Assembly: GCA_964478705.1 (NCBI GenBank)
Contig: CAYZIR010000004.1
Span: forward strand, 2,905 to 66,904
Length of the DNA: 64,000 nucleotides
Reading direction: 5' to 3'
Source of the DNA: an uncultured Candidatus Saccharibacteria bacterium
GTDB lineage: Bacteria; Patescibacteriota; Minisyncoccia; Phycocordibacterales; EsbW-18
Positions 18,974-28,957 of this stretch are shown here, in pieces; position 1 is the stretch's first letter, and every line of letters begins with the position of its first letter. A program made the position numbers and the translations under genes. Under the pieces are notes generated by a model. It saw nothing but the letters and a program-made list of their open reading frames with translations, was not told where the DNA came from and searched no databases.

Positions 18974-20004
18974 GAATATGTTTTTTTGGGATCTACGATC
19001 CGTTGTACAGCAGAAATCGCATACTGAGACGCGCATTCGAACTGGCTGGTCATGAAGTCATTGACTGTCGGACTGAGAAACAGGGAATAGGGAAATATAG
19101 TGATCTCATCCGAAAACATGCTCGCCTTCGAGGCGCATACGATTGTATGTTTGTGGCGTTTCCTGGCCAGCAGGCTGTCATTCTTGCACGGTTGATAACA
19201 TCAAAAAAAATAATCTTCGATCCGTTCGTTTCTTTGCACATGACACTGGTCGATGATCGTCGTAAATATGCGCGTTTCAGTATCCGAGCGTTGTACTACT
19301 TTCTGCTCGACTATCTCTCATGCCGTTGCGCTAATGTTTATATTTTTGATACGTTTGCACAGAGGGATTATTTTATAGAACGGTTTGGGTGTGACGCAAA
19401 GAAGAGTCATCGAATACTCGTGGGTTCGGATCCGGCGCTTTTTTATCCAGACACATCAACACAGCACAGAGCGCCATTCACAGTTCATTTCCATGGAACA
19501 CATATACCCCTGCAGGGTGTCCCCACGGTGCTTGAAGCAGGAAAGACGTTGGCTGAGAAAGGTATTCGTGTATCAATTGTTGGTTCAAGCATCAAATCGG
19601 TCTACGAACAACAGTATCCGATGATTATTTTTCATGCCGATGTCCCGTATGAACATCTTCGGGAGCATATTGTTGCATCCGATGTGGTCATTGGCATTGT
19701 TGGTACGACAAAAAAAGCTAGTTTAGTTATTCCAAATAAGGTGTATGAAGCTTGGGCCTGTGGCCGGCCGGTGGTGACCGCGCGTACACCCGCATTGCAA
19801 GAGCTAGCGGTCGATACCGTGCACGCACTATTCTGCGAAGCCGGTAACCCTGATGATCTGGCGCGTGCGGTGCTCGCAGTGCGCGATGATACAGCTCTTC
19901 GCGAACGTATGGGGCAGAAAGGATACGAGTTGTTTACAGCATATGCCACGCCTGAGAAAATTGCCCTTGAGCTCGAGAGTGTGATTGCTCGTGTGGTATT
20001 GTAG
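18970..20004 (+). CDS. GT-B fold glycosyltransferase (putative)
   Basis: Rossmann-like halves, C-terminal ...NKVYEAWACGRPVVTART... Confidence 0.5.
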   Translation: MRICFFGIYDPLYSRNRILRRAFELAGHEVIDCRTEKQGIGKYSDLIRKHARLRGAYDCMFVAFPGQQAVILARLITSKKIIFDPFVSLHMTLVDDRRKYARFSIRALYYFLLDYLSCRCANVYIFDTFAQRDYFIERFGCDAKKSHRILVGSDPALFYPDTSTQHRAPFTVHFHGTHIPLQGVPTVLEAGKTLAEKGIRVSIVGSSIKSVYEQQYPMIIFHADVPYEHLREHIVASDVVIGIVGTTKKASLVIPNKVYEAWACGRPVVTARTPALQELAVDTVHALFCEAGNPDDLARAVLAVRDDTALRERMGQKGYELFTAYATPEKIALELESVIARVVL

Positions 20005-20009
20005 GACGT

Positions 20010-20747
20010 ATGAAAGCAACAGGGGAGCAGGTGGTTCTTGGAGCATCATCACCACGCACACAGGCTGAGCATGAAGCACGATACTCTTTTGCATCAACGT
20101 TTGTTGAAGGGAAGCGCGTGCTTGATATCGCATGTGGAACCGGCTACGCAGCACCTCAATTTCTCGGAGCTGGAGCACGATCGTATACCGGTGTTGATAT
20201 TTCTCACGAAGCAATTAATTTTGCGGTGAAAACGTATGGAAGCGATGCGCGAGCGCGTTTTATACAAGCGTCTGCTGACGATCGCCTTTTCCCTGACGGG
20301 TCATTCGATCTCATCTGCTCGTTTGAGACCATTGAGCATCTCGATACTTCGATACGCCATGCATATCTCGAGAATCTACGACGATGGCTTGTTCCTGATG
20401 GTGCACTGATTCTTTCAACGCCAAATAAAAAAGTCACCTCTCCATTCACCGAAAAACCCCTCAATCCATTTCATGTTCTTGAATACCGTTTTGATGCCCT
20501 CGTTAGAGAGCTCGCACCCTTTTTCTCTGTTGAAGCATCATACGGGCAACGTCTTGTGCCAAAACTTATGACTCTATGGCTTCTTCGTCGCGCTGTCCGA
20601 TTGTGCGAAATTGTTTTTCGTCGCCATTTTTCTTTGTATGATACGCCGACCGGTCCCGAGGTTGTCTCATACAACCCGAGTCGCCATGAACCGCGATTCT
20701 TTGTGCTTGTCTGTCGACCAAAGAAAGATGCTACCGCTGTGGTATAG
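20010..20747 (+). CDS. class I SAM-dependent methyltransferase
   Basis: Motif I VLDIACGTGYAA; post-I and motif II spacing. Confidence 0.75.
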   Translation: MKATGEQVVLGASSPRTQAEHEARYSFASTFVEGKRVLDIACGTGYAAPQFLGAGARSYTGVDISHEAINFAVKTYGSDARARFIQASADDRLFPDGSFDLICSFETIEHLDTSIRHAYLENLRRWLVPDGALILSTPNKKVTSPFTEKPLNPFHVLEYRFDALVRELAPFFSVEASYGQRLVPKLMTLWLLRRAVRLCEIVFRRHFSLYDTPTGPEVVSYNPSRHEPRFFVLVCRPKKDATAVV

Positions 20748-21549
20748 TCCAGACGTTATGATCGAAATTTCAGGAGATAGACCTCTTTCGAGGGCAAATC
20801 AGTTCCGATATATATGGATATTTCTAAAACGTTTTCCTGGGCTTTTTGCCCGTGTGCCAACGAAGCGTTTTTACCCGACCGCATCACTCACAGGATCATC
20901 ATCGCTCTTTCGACGATATATTGATTTATTTCTTCGTGAATATATTCCTTCGGTACTGACGAAAAAAGAAGTGTCGGTATTTGATATCGGTTGTGGTAGT
21001 GGGTACATACGATCGATTCTTAGCGACCTTGGATACCACGGTGTTTACGTTGGTCTTGATATTGTGCGCGAAGATCGTTTTAATACGCACGACGTGCCAG
21101 TATTCGCGTCATCATTCGTTCAAGAGCCCATCGAGACTTTTGTATCGGACAAGAAGTATGATGTTGTACTTTCAAATACGTCGCTTGAACACGTCACCGA
21201 TGACGCTCGTGCAGTGACACGTGCACATGAGCTTTGCCTTCCTGGTGGCATTGAGATCCACATCGTTCCCTCGTGGTGGTCATTTTTTCTCTATCTCTGG
21301 CATGGGTATCGACACTACACGTACGGAAGAATCAAAAAGATTTTTAACGGTACGTCATATACCGTCTACCCACTTGGCGGGTTCTTCTCTTTTGTTACAC
21401 AGTTTTTTCTGGTAACAATTCCTGAGCGTTACGGCAGGATCAATATTCGTACTAGCCGATGGTATCCAACAATCGCCAGACTTGCTATTCGGTTCGATCG
21501 ATTTATACCGTTTTGTCCCATAGGGTATGCAATTATTGTTCATGACTAA
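20728..21549 (+). CDS. class I SAM-dependent methyltransferase
   Basis: Motif I VFDIGCGSGYI; start chosen at MLPLWY overlapping the upstream stop (alternative MIEISG at 20758). Confidence 0.6.
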   Translation: MLPLWYSPDVMIEISGDRPLSRANQFRYIWIFLKRFPGLFARVPTKRFYPTASLTGSSSLFRRYIDLFLREYIPSVLTKKEVSVFDIGCGSGYIRSILSDLGYHGVYVGLDIVREDRFNTHDVPVFASSFVQEPIETFVSDKKYDVVLSNTSLEHVTDDARAVTRAHELCLPGGIEIHIVPSWWSFFLYLWHGYRHYTYGRIKKIFNGTSYTVYPLGGFFSFVTQFFLVTIPERYGRINIRTSRWYPTIARLAIRFDRFIPFCPIGYAIIVHD

Positions 21550-22690
21550 CACCGCGCCACAAAAGAAAATTCGCCTTGTATTCGCTCTACCATCCTTTCT
21601 CTTTGGTGGCGGTATCGAAAAACAGCTCATTAAAATGCTGGCATTGTTTGATCGGGAGCGTTTTGAACTCTCACTGCTGACGCTATTTGAGTACCCAGGG
21701 AGGCCAAATATGTATGATGATCTGCCCTCGGATGTTGCTGTCATTCGTCTTGCATTTAAAAATCCATTTGATGTTGGCTCATGGCTTCGCTTGTATCAGG
21801 CGCTCAAAAGGATTCGTCCTGATATTGTCGTATCGAGCATGTTCTCAGCAAGTACACCAATCCGCATTGTCAAACCATTCGTCGGTTACCGTGTTATTGT
21901 TCGAGAACACAATACATATACCGACAAGAAACTGTATCATAGAATTTTTGAATATATTCTCTCGTACCTTTCTGATGCGATTATCGCCGTGTCGTCGTCG
22001 GTCGCCGACTTTGCTGCAGAACAAGCATGGATACCACGTAAAAAAATAGCAGTGATCCATAACGGTGTTGATTTTGATGTAATACAGAGATTTTGTACGA
22101 ATGCGCAAGCAGAGATTGAGCGCGTACGTCATGAGTTTAGTATTGCATCGAGTCAAAAAATACTACTCAACGTTGCTCGACTCAAGCCACAAAAGGATCA
22201 CGAACTACTCATCAAATCATTTACTGAATTTCATACCAACAATCCCGACTATGTTCTCATGATTGCTGGAGATGGGAGTGAACGACGCCACCTTGAGCAA
22301 ATGATTGATCAATACGACCTTGCCGGTAGCGTGTTTTTACTTGGGCATCGAAGTGATATTTATGCCTTCTACGCCGCAAGCGAATGCTTTATCCTCACCT
22401 CACGACATGAGGGATTTCCAAATGTTGGCATTGAAGCAATGGCATTCGGTCTTCCATTCATTTCAACTCTTGTTCCTGGTGTTGATGAGTTTCTTGAAGA
22501 CGGAATCAATGGGTTTTTGATATCCTCGGACGTTACGAGTGTGGTTGGTGTAATGAATCGTGTGGTAGCACTTTCGTCAGAAGAGCGAAAACAAATTTCT
22601 CGGTCTGCTACGGAAACAGCAAGGCGATTTGATATTGTGCGCACTGTGAGTCAATATCAGAATCTTATTGAAACCCTATGCCGTTCATAA
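21527..22690 (+). CDS. glycosyltransferase family 4
   Basis: ...RHEGFPNVGIEAMAFGLPFISTLVPGVDEFLEDGINGFL... EX7E-type core. Confidence 0.75.
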   Translation: MQLLFMTNTAPQKKIRLVFALPSFLFGGGIEKQLIKMLALFDRERFELSLLTLFEYPGRPNMYDDLPSDVAVIRLAFKNPFDVGSWLRLYQALKRIRPDIVVSSMFSASTPIRIVKPFVGYRVIVREHNTYTDKKLYHRIFEYILSYLSDAIIAVSSSVADFAAEQAWIPRKKIAVIHNGVDFDVIQRFCTNAQAEIERVRHEFSIASSQKILLNVARLKPQKDHELLIKSFTEFHTNNPDYVLMIAGDGSERRHLEQMIDQYDLAGSVFLLGHRSDIYAFYAASECFILTSRHEGFPNVGIEAMAFGLPFISTLVPGVDEFLEDGINGFLISSDVTSVVGVMNRVVALSSEERKQISRSATETARRFDIVRTVSQYQNLIETLCRS

Positions 22691-23559
22691 GTATCGTTAT
22701 CACCTCATACAACCGGGCACACACGGTTGTTCGTGCCGTTGAAAGCGCTCTCACACAGACCGATCGTGATATTGAGATTGTCGTTATCGATGACGGATCG
22801 ACCGATAGAACGGATGAGGTCGTTGGTGTAATACAAGATCCTCGTCTTCGATACATCAAACTTGATATAAATAGTGGCTCATCGTTTGCTCGTAACCGAG
22901 GTATTCTTGAGACGCGTGGGGAGTGGGTAATGGTATGGGATAGCGACGACATACTCTATCCTCACGCGGTCGCGACGCTTCGTGCTGTTCTCACGAAACA
23001 TCCCGAATGTGTTGTTGTATCAGCTCCTGCGCGTATGATTACAAATGGCACATCGATCAATTTTCCTCGGCATCAAAGTGGTTTTATATCACTCGAACAA
23101 GTTCTTTCAAAATATATTGGCAATGATGAGAAGATTCGCTTGGCGCGTCGCGATGTGTATCTCAAAGCACCGTATGTTTCGCGCAATATTGACTTTATTG
23201 TGGTTGCACGCTTGCGCGCGCAGGGGCCATGGTTCCACATCGACGAGTTTCTTGGTGATGTTATGCTCGACAATCCCGACTCACTCACGCGGAAACGGAA
23301 AAAGTTTGATCGAAAGAAATCAGCCGACCGAGCGCCACACCTTGATGCGTTCATGAAGGATTTTGGACAATTGCTCAAAACAACAAGTTCACGTCGCTAC
23401 GGAGAGCTGGCCTATGGGGCAGCACTTGCCTGTGCATGTGCGGGTATGAACAAAAAAGCTCGAGGCTATGCTCTCGAAGCGATTAAGGTCACGCCACTGT
23501 TGTGGCGTTCATATGTTGCTTTGCTATTTTCGATTTTTCTCCCACGTCGTCGTAACTGA
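22678..23559 (+). CDS. glycosyltransferase family 2 (GT-A)
   Basis: ISIVITSYNRAHTV...VVIDDGSTD...DSDD motif arrangement. Confidence 0.75.
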   Translation: MPFISIVITSYNRAHTVVRAVESALTQTDRDIEIVVIDDGSTDRTDEVVGVIQDPRLRYIKLDINSGSSFARNRGILETRGEWVMVWDSDDILYPHAVATLRAVLTKHPECVVVSAPARMITNGTSINFPRHQSGFISLEQVLSKYIGNDEKIRLARRDVYLKAPYVSRNIDFIVVARLRAQGPWFHIDEFLGDVMLDNPDSLTRKRKKFDRKKSADRAPHLDAFMKDFGQLLKTTSSRRYGELAYGAALACACAGMNKKARGYALEAIKVTPLLWRSYVALLFSIFLPRRRN

Positions 23560-24144
23560 CCCATTCTTTTTGTTTCCGAGCATACGAATAAGAGTGAGAC
23601 CATATCCGTAGGGAAGCGTGACGATTTCGTGTCGATAGCCGATGAGGGCAAGGCGTACGGCCATCTTGAGACGGTACGTTGGGATATGTTCAGTATCATG
23701 CACTAAAAGGATGCCATTGTGTTTTATGAGAGGGAGTATGGTACGGAGATCTTTATACACAACTCTCCATTCGTGCGAGCCGTCGTGTAAAACCACATCG
23801 AAGCGCTCACTCGCAAGAGTTTTTAGAGTTGCACGAGTGTCACCTTGGAGGTAGACCCACGAGTCTTTGAAATCTGTTGTAAGACTCTCTGGGTTCCCCG
23901 TGTCCTGTAGATTGCGAACGTCACAGGTAATGAGTTTTCCATCGGTGTGTTTCAGTGCTTCAAGAATTGTCTGTGTTGAGAATCCGGCACCAAGCTCCAA
24001 AACATTCTTGGCTTCCATGCCAAGAATAATCGAATAGAGTGTCAGGTAATGACGACTAAAACCGGACTCGGTGCCGTGATGCCGTTCCACTATGCGTGAT
24101 ATGTCCACATTCGTCATATGCACGTTCGAGTGTATCATGAACAT
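23524..24144 (-). CDS. class I SAM-dependent O-methyltransferase (Methyltransf_24/CmcI-like)
   Basis: VLELGAGFSTQTILEAL motif I, DVVLHDGSH motif. Confidence 0.6.
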   Translation of the reverse strand: MFMIHSNVHMTNVDISRIVERHHGTESGFSRHYLTLYSIILGMEAKNVLELGAGFSTQTILEALKHTDGKLITCDVRNLQDTGNPESLTTDFKDSWVYLQGDTRATLKTLASERFDVVLHDGSHEWRVVYKDLRTILPLIKHNGILLVHDTEHIPTYRLKMAVRLALIGYRHEIVTLPYGYGLTLIRMLGNKKNGSVTTTWEKNRK

Positions 24145-24159
24145 GCGTTGCTTTCATAT

Positions 24160-25413
24160 ATGAACAGTATGATTTCTTGGTGTCGTGGCAGATTTTGGTT
24201 CTGTGGCGCTTTTCTGCTTGCGATTATAGTTGCGACGATTGTTATCATGCCACGAGTTGATGACTTGAGACTTAATCAAGATTTTCCGCTCTATAGCTCT
24301 GCAGCACATCGACTCATTGATGGGGATATTCTTATGTCTGAGTTTGGGAGAAACGCTCCAGGATGGCCAGTGTACCTCGGGTTTTTGTATCTCGTATTTG
24401 GCTCAAGTGACCTTGTTCTTGCTGTATCGCAGATAGTTTTGCATGTGTGTTTGGTTGTTGTGACGTACCACCTTGCAAAAGAAATTTCAAACGATGAGCG
24501 TGTACAGTATCTTGCCATGTGCATATCTGCGGTATGGCCTGCGTTTCTTTTTCAACTTCGACATGGGAGTTCAGCATTGTTATATGCAGTTATTTTTTTG
24601 TCAGCAACTTTTTTTCTTGTTCGATCGGTGAGAATGCAGAGTATCTCGAGAGCAATAATTGGTGGACTACTTCTTGGGTTCGGTGCTTTGATTGATGTTG
24701 TTGCTCTATTTTTACCATGTCTCTTTTTTCTATGGGCACTTATTGAGGCATTTCGTTCGCGACGAATACCGAGCGCATGTATGAAGCGCGTCGCTATTGC
24801 GTTTATTGTCTGCGCCACAGCGATTTTCGTCATCGTGCCATGGACATACCGGAATATTCTTCTCTTCAAGGACTTTTCAGTTGCTCCAATCATTGCGAAA
24901 GGTGAGCAAAATTATTTTAAACCTGAAAATATAAAGAAAATAGGTCATGTATTTGTACCGGACGGGGAACCGCTCCTCACAGAAAGTCTTATGAGAACAT
25001 TTGTTTTTCCTGCAGGGATACATGCGCTCGACAGTACCGCACCTTTTTCGTATAAAGAACGATTCCTCGATATTCTCTATGGCGTTAAAAGTTTTACAGA
25101 TTTTTCCTCGCGCGAAATAACTATACTGAGTATAAAAATCTTTATAACAATTATTCACCTCGCTGTGCTTATTGGTGCGCTTATAACGATGGCACGTCGA
25201 TACAGTAACGATATAGCGATACTGACATCCTTGTTAGTCGTGTATATCTTTATTGCTATTACTGCAACGGTTGCACTTTCAAGTTTTGAATCTATAACGC
25301 TTGCAAACGGGTTCCTCATTCCTCTAACACCACTTCTCATCATTTTTGCACTCGAAGGGTACCTGTCACGTATTCGCGCAAACGGAAAATTTTCTCTACG
25401 CGATATCATCTAA
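24160..25413 (+). CDS. integral-membrane glycosyltransferase, GT39/GT83 (ArnT/PMT)-like
   Basis: About 12 TM helices, N-terminal lumenal loop, GT-C topology; family assigned by architecture. Confidence 0.45.
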   Translation: MNSMISWCRGRFWFCGAFLLAIIVATIVIMPRVDDLRLNQDFPLYSSAAHRLIDGDILMSEFGRNAPGWPVYLGFLYLVFGSSDLVLAVSQIVLHVCLVVVTYHLAKEISNDERVQYLAMCISAVWPAFLFQLRHGSSALLYAVIFLSATFFLVRSVRMQSISRAIIGGLLLGFGALIDVVALFLPCLFFLWALIEAFRSRRIPSACMKRVAIAFIVCATAIFVIVPWTYRNILLFKDFSVAPIIAKGEQNYFKPENIKKIGHVFVPDGEPLLTESLMRTFVFPAGIHALDSTAPFSYKERFLDILYGVKSFTDFSSREITILSIKIFITIIHLAVLIGALITMARRYSNDIAILTSLLVVYIFIAITATVALSSFESITLANGFLIPLTPLLIIFALEGYLSRIRANGKFSLRDII

Positions 25414-25561
25414 TAGTGATCTCCTCCCCGCAGGAACTGCGAGGTCTCCTTTGGGTTCATGGAAATCCAAAGCCGAGCGCTTTGGGCGCACTTCCTGCTT
25501 TCCTTTCTATTAGATGTAGCGTTTGATCTACGCTTCGATGATTATGGAGAGGGCTATATGT

Positions 25562-26416
25562 TTATCGTTTTTTCCAAGCGTAGATCATGATGTGCTGAAA
25601 GTTGCTCTTGGATTTTGCACTTGGATTGTAACGGGCATCGAGCTTATAGTCGAAACCAGCGTTCTCAAGCGGTCCGAGCAATTGGGCGAGTCCCGACGCT
25701 GCACCACCGAGGTGATGGTGATATTCGATGCCGATCTCGTTCACGTGTTCGAGTGCACCACTTGTGTACAATTCGTTGATCATATCCGTCTCAGCACCCT
25801 CGGTGTCAATCTTGAGATAGTCGATGTGTTCTGTGATGTATGCAGACAAGCGTTTCATTGGGACACTGATTGTTCTGTTCTTATCTGTTTCTTCAAGCGG
25901 ACGGGTGCTCATCTTCGGCGATCCTGCGATCGAGTTGTCTATATAGAAAGGTACTGAGCCGTCTATCGCACCAAGCGCCACGTTGTGTGTCGTGACGTTG
26001 ATGAGGTCATTCGCCTCGATATTCTTCACGAGTGTCTGATACGTTTCGGGATCTGGTTCGAATGTCGTGATGACCGCATTAGGGTAGAGCCATTTGAAGA
26101 AGAGTGTCGCGGTGCCGATATTCCCCCCGCAGTCGATAATGCGCGGTGTAGTTTTCGTCGATGAGAAGAAGTAGACACCACGAAGGAAGACCTCACGGAA
26201 CAGGACAAGAAGTGTGCTGTGGTTGAAGCTCGTAACTTTCATGTTACAGATCTTGCGCGTCACCGGTCCCGCATGTCCACCACCAAAAAGACTCACTGTG
26301 GCAAGTCGTAGATATGAACCAAAAATATTCCTTTTTTGTGCAGGTAAAAAGCGACTTTTGATAAGTGCTCCGGTCTCGTTGACGAACGTGCGCAGTCGGA
26401 TGAGGAATGTCCGCAT
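25562..26416 (-). CDS. FkbM-family methyltransferase
   Basis: IIDCGGNIGTATLFF...FEPDPETY signature of the FkbM domain. Confidence 0.7.
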   Translation of the reverse strand: MRTFLIRLRTFVNETGALIKSRFLPAQKRNIFGSYLRLATVSLFGGGHAGPVTRKICNMKVTSFNHSTLLVLFREVFLRGVYFFSSTKTTPRIIDCGGNIGTATLFFKWLYPNAVITTFEPDPETYQTLVKNIEANDLINVTTHNVALGAIDGSVPFYIDNSIAGSPKMSTRPLEETDKNRTISVPMKRLSAYITEHIDYLKIDTEGAETDMINELYTSGALEHVNEIGIEYHHHLGGAASGLAQLLGPLENAGFDYKLDARYNPSAKSKSNFQHIMIYAWKKR

Positions 26417-26466
26417 AAATCCGTGTATTATAGGGAATCAGTATAGCACGTGATATTCTTGTTCCC

Positions 26467-27471
26467 ATGTCGAACTCAGGGGAGACCACACCATTACGCT
26501 TCGTCACATCCGTCTATGGAAAGAAATACGGTGGGATGCTTCTAACGCTTCTCTACTCGATTCATCGCTCTAACCCCGATGCAACGGTGACCATTTTCTG
26601 GCAGGATGTCTCTCCCGCAGTACGCTCTCTCGAACGCGTCTTCCCGCGCTATACATTCATCGATACCGACTATGTTGTGAAAGGTGATATCGTCAAGCGG
26701 ATCTCGCACAAGATGCTCTTGTGGTTCGAAGCCGTATCGCGCTATCCGAACGAACATCTTGTATTTTTAGATGTCGACATGCTCGTTCGCAAAAACATTG
26801 GTTTCGTCTTCGACGGTTCATTCGATATTGCATTCACCCACAAGGTGGGTGAGGTCTATCCGCTCAATACCGGTGCGTTTTTTGCGGTCGCCTCACCGGC
26901 TACGGAAGCATTTTTCAAACGATGGTATGAGCGCACCGAAACTATTGTGAATGATCCTGTACTCAAACGTATTTCGAGTATGCGGGAACATCACTATGGC
27001 GGGCCCGATCAGATGGCACTCTGTGAACTCATTAAATACGTCACTGGGGTTGAATCGTATCGATTCGCTATCAATGATCATGAGTTACGCGCAATCGCAT
27101 TACCGTGCGCACGCTTCAACGAAACGAACTCCTGTCCGCTCCGCGATGAGACGCATATTATCCACTACAAGGGTGGTTGGCACTCCATCTTGCTCGATGG
27201 AACTGACTTTACTTCACGACGACCGAAAATCGCTTCATGGGAACTTTTTATATTTTATCTTTCGACATACAAAGAAGCTGTGGCGTTCGTCGTTGCTACA
27301 CTTGGCACAAAGGCGTCTGAGGACACGCTTGGCATTCGCATACCGTTCTATCTCGATGCTGGGCTTAATGAATCAGTTTTTTCGTATCGAATTTTTAAAC
27401 TCTATCACAAACTCATGAATCCTATCCGAGATCTCTGGGCACGCCTTAGCAGATTCGTTGGCGCATGGTAA
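26467..27471 (+). CDS. putative GT-A nucleotide-diphospho-sugar transferase (GT8/Nucleotid_trans-like)
   Basis: DxD-like LDVDMLV after an N-terminal Rossmann-like segment. Confidence 0.4.
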   Translation: MSNSGETTPLRFVTSVYGKKYGGMLLTLLYSIHRSNPDATVTIFWQDVSPAVRSLERVFPRYTFIDTDYVVKGDIVKRISHKMLLWFEAVSRYPNEHLVFLDVDMLVRKNIGFVFDGSFDIAFTHKVGEVYPLNTGAFFAVASPATEAFFKRWYERTETIVNDPVLKRISSMREHHYGGPDQMALCELIKYVTGVESYRFAINDHELRAIALPCARFNETNSCPLRDETHIIHYKGGWHSILLDGTDFTSRRPKIASWELFIFYLSTYKEAVAFVVATLGTKASEDTLGIRIPFYLDAGLNESVFSYRIFKLYHKLMNPIRDLWARLSRFVGAW

Positions 27472-27480
27472 TATCTTTCC

Positions 27481-28158
27481 ATGTTCGCGACATTCAAACG
27501 TCTCAAGCTTTGGTATGACTACAAGAACAATCGCGAGCGAGCTCGGATGATTAATCGCGCGCTCGACTTTTGTAAATATACTCGCGTTGCCGGCGATTAC
27601 TTTGAATTCGGTGTCTATCGTGGTGCCACGTGTGCGTATGCATTCCGTTCGTCGCGGCTTCGTGGGCTCTCCGACATGCGCATTTACGCATTTGATTCAT
27701 TTGAAGGCCTCTCGGAACCAAAAGCACAAGACGATGCCACGCTGGTCAAAAAAGGAGATCGGACCTGCACGCAAGAAGACTTCCGTCGTAATCTCAAGAA
27801 TGCAGGTGTTGATGACAACACACTCATCATCGTTCCGGGATTCTTCGAGGACACGCTCGAAGGTGTAGGCAAGGCTCGAACGAAAGAGATGATCGGCAAG
27901 CGACACGCGGGTATCGTATATATCGACTGTGATCTCTTCGAGCCAACATACGCTGTTCTCAATTTCATAAAAGACTTTATCGTCGACGGTTCAGTTATCA
28001 TCTTCGACAATTGGTTCCTTTTCAGAGGGGATCCTGAGCTTGGTGAACGTAAAGCGTTCGAGGTGTTCGCTCGCGAGAACCCACAACTCTCGTTCACACA
28101 ATTCCACAAATTCGGTTGGCACGGAGAGTCGTTCATTGTCCATGTCAAATCTTCCTAA
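27481..28158 (+). CDS. TylF/MycF-family (macrocin-type) O-methyltransferase
   Basis: EFGVYRGATCAY...VYIDCDLFEPT...IFDNW, characteristic TylF motifs. Confidence 0.65.
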   Translation: MFATFKRLKLWYDYKNNRERARMINRALDFCKYTRVAGDYFEFGVYRGATCAYAFRSSRLRGLSDMRIYAFDSFEGLSEPKAQDDATLVKKGDRTCTQEDFRRNLKNAGVDDNTLIIVPGFFEDTLEGVGKARTKEMIGKRHAGIVYIDCDLFEPTYAVLNFIKDFIVDGSVIIFDNWFLFRGDPELGERKAFEVFARENPQLSFTQFHKFGWHGESFIVHVKSS

Positions 28159-28957
28159 AACGGCTCAGCAACTTCTTGGTGATATCCCTACGAGTGTCGG
28201 CGAGAAGATACGGACTCTTTCTGTGCATCATGTCGAGCGCGGTATCTTTCCGAGCGAAATGGTCGCTGTAACTGGCATTGCAGAACTTCTCGGCGTTGAG
28301 CGTATTATTGAGAGTGGTCGTTGGCTCGGGTACTCGACGGAAGTGCTCTCACGTTACTTCAGTACGTTACCGGTGCACATTGACTCGATCGAGCTGTGGC
28401 GGACCAATATCGCGATTGAATGCGAGCGACGCCTCGCGACCTGCTCGAATGTGCATCTCTACTATGGTGACACACTCAAAATGCTTCCCGGTATGCTTGA
28501 TGGGGATGTTCGCAAAACGCTCGTGTTGATTGATGGTCCCAAAGGAGCAATCGCTGTTGCGCTGATTGAAAAGATCATCCGACAGTATCCACAAATCGTC
28601 GCGGTCTTCCTGCATGATTCATATAAAGGCTCCGAAGCACGCGCAAGCGTCGAGCGCGCCTTTCCTGATGCAGGATTCACCGATGACCCTAATTTCGTTA
28701 AACGATTCTCTTCGCTCGACGGCGAAGTACCATTCGAACAGCATATCGAAAAGTGCTCAGGAGTGGTCTCAAACGAAGCATCTTCTCAGAGTTACGGTGC
28801 TACGTTTGCCGTCATCGTGCCAGATCCTGCTCGTGTGGATTCAACATCACGTCTAGTATCGATCTATAACCGATTTCTCTTCGTCTACGCACAAGCAGAA
28901 GCGTACGCTAAAGAAGTGGCTTCTCATCTATTGAGACTGTTCCGTCACCATCGGTGA
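28142..28957 (+). CDS. putative class I SAM-dependent methyltransferase-like protein
   Basis: GIAELLGVERIIESGRWLGYST glycine-rich motif-I-like, LVLIDGPK; start at MSNLPK overlapping the upstream stop. Confidence 0.4.
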   Translation: MSNLPKTAQQLLGDIPTSVGEKIRTLSVHHVERGIFPSEMVAVTGIAELLGVERIIESGRWLGYSTEVLSRYFSTLPVHIDSIELWRTNIAIECERRLATCSNVHLYYGDTLKMLPGMLDGDVRKTLVLIDGPKGAIAVALIEKIIRQYPQIVAVFLHDSYKGSEARASVERAFPDAGFTDDPNFVKRFSSLDGEVPFEQHIEKCSGVVSNEASSQSYGATFAVIVPDPARVDSTSRLVSIYNRFLFVYAQAEAYAKEVASHLLRLFRHHR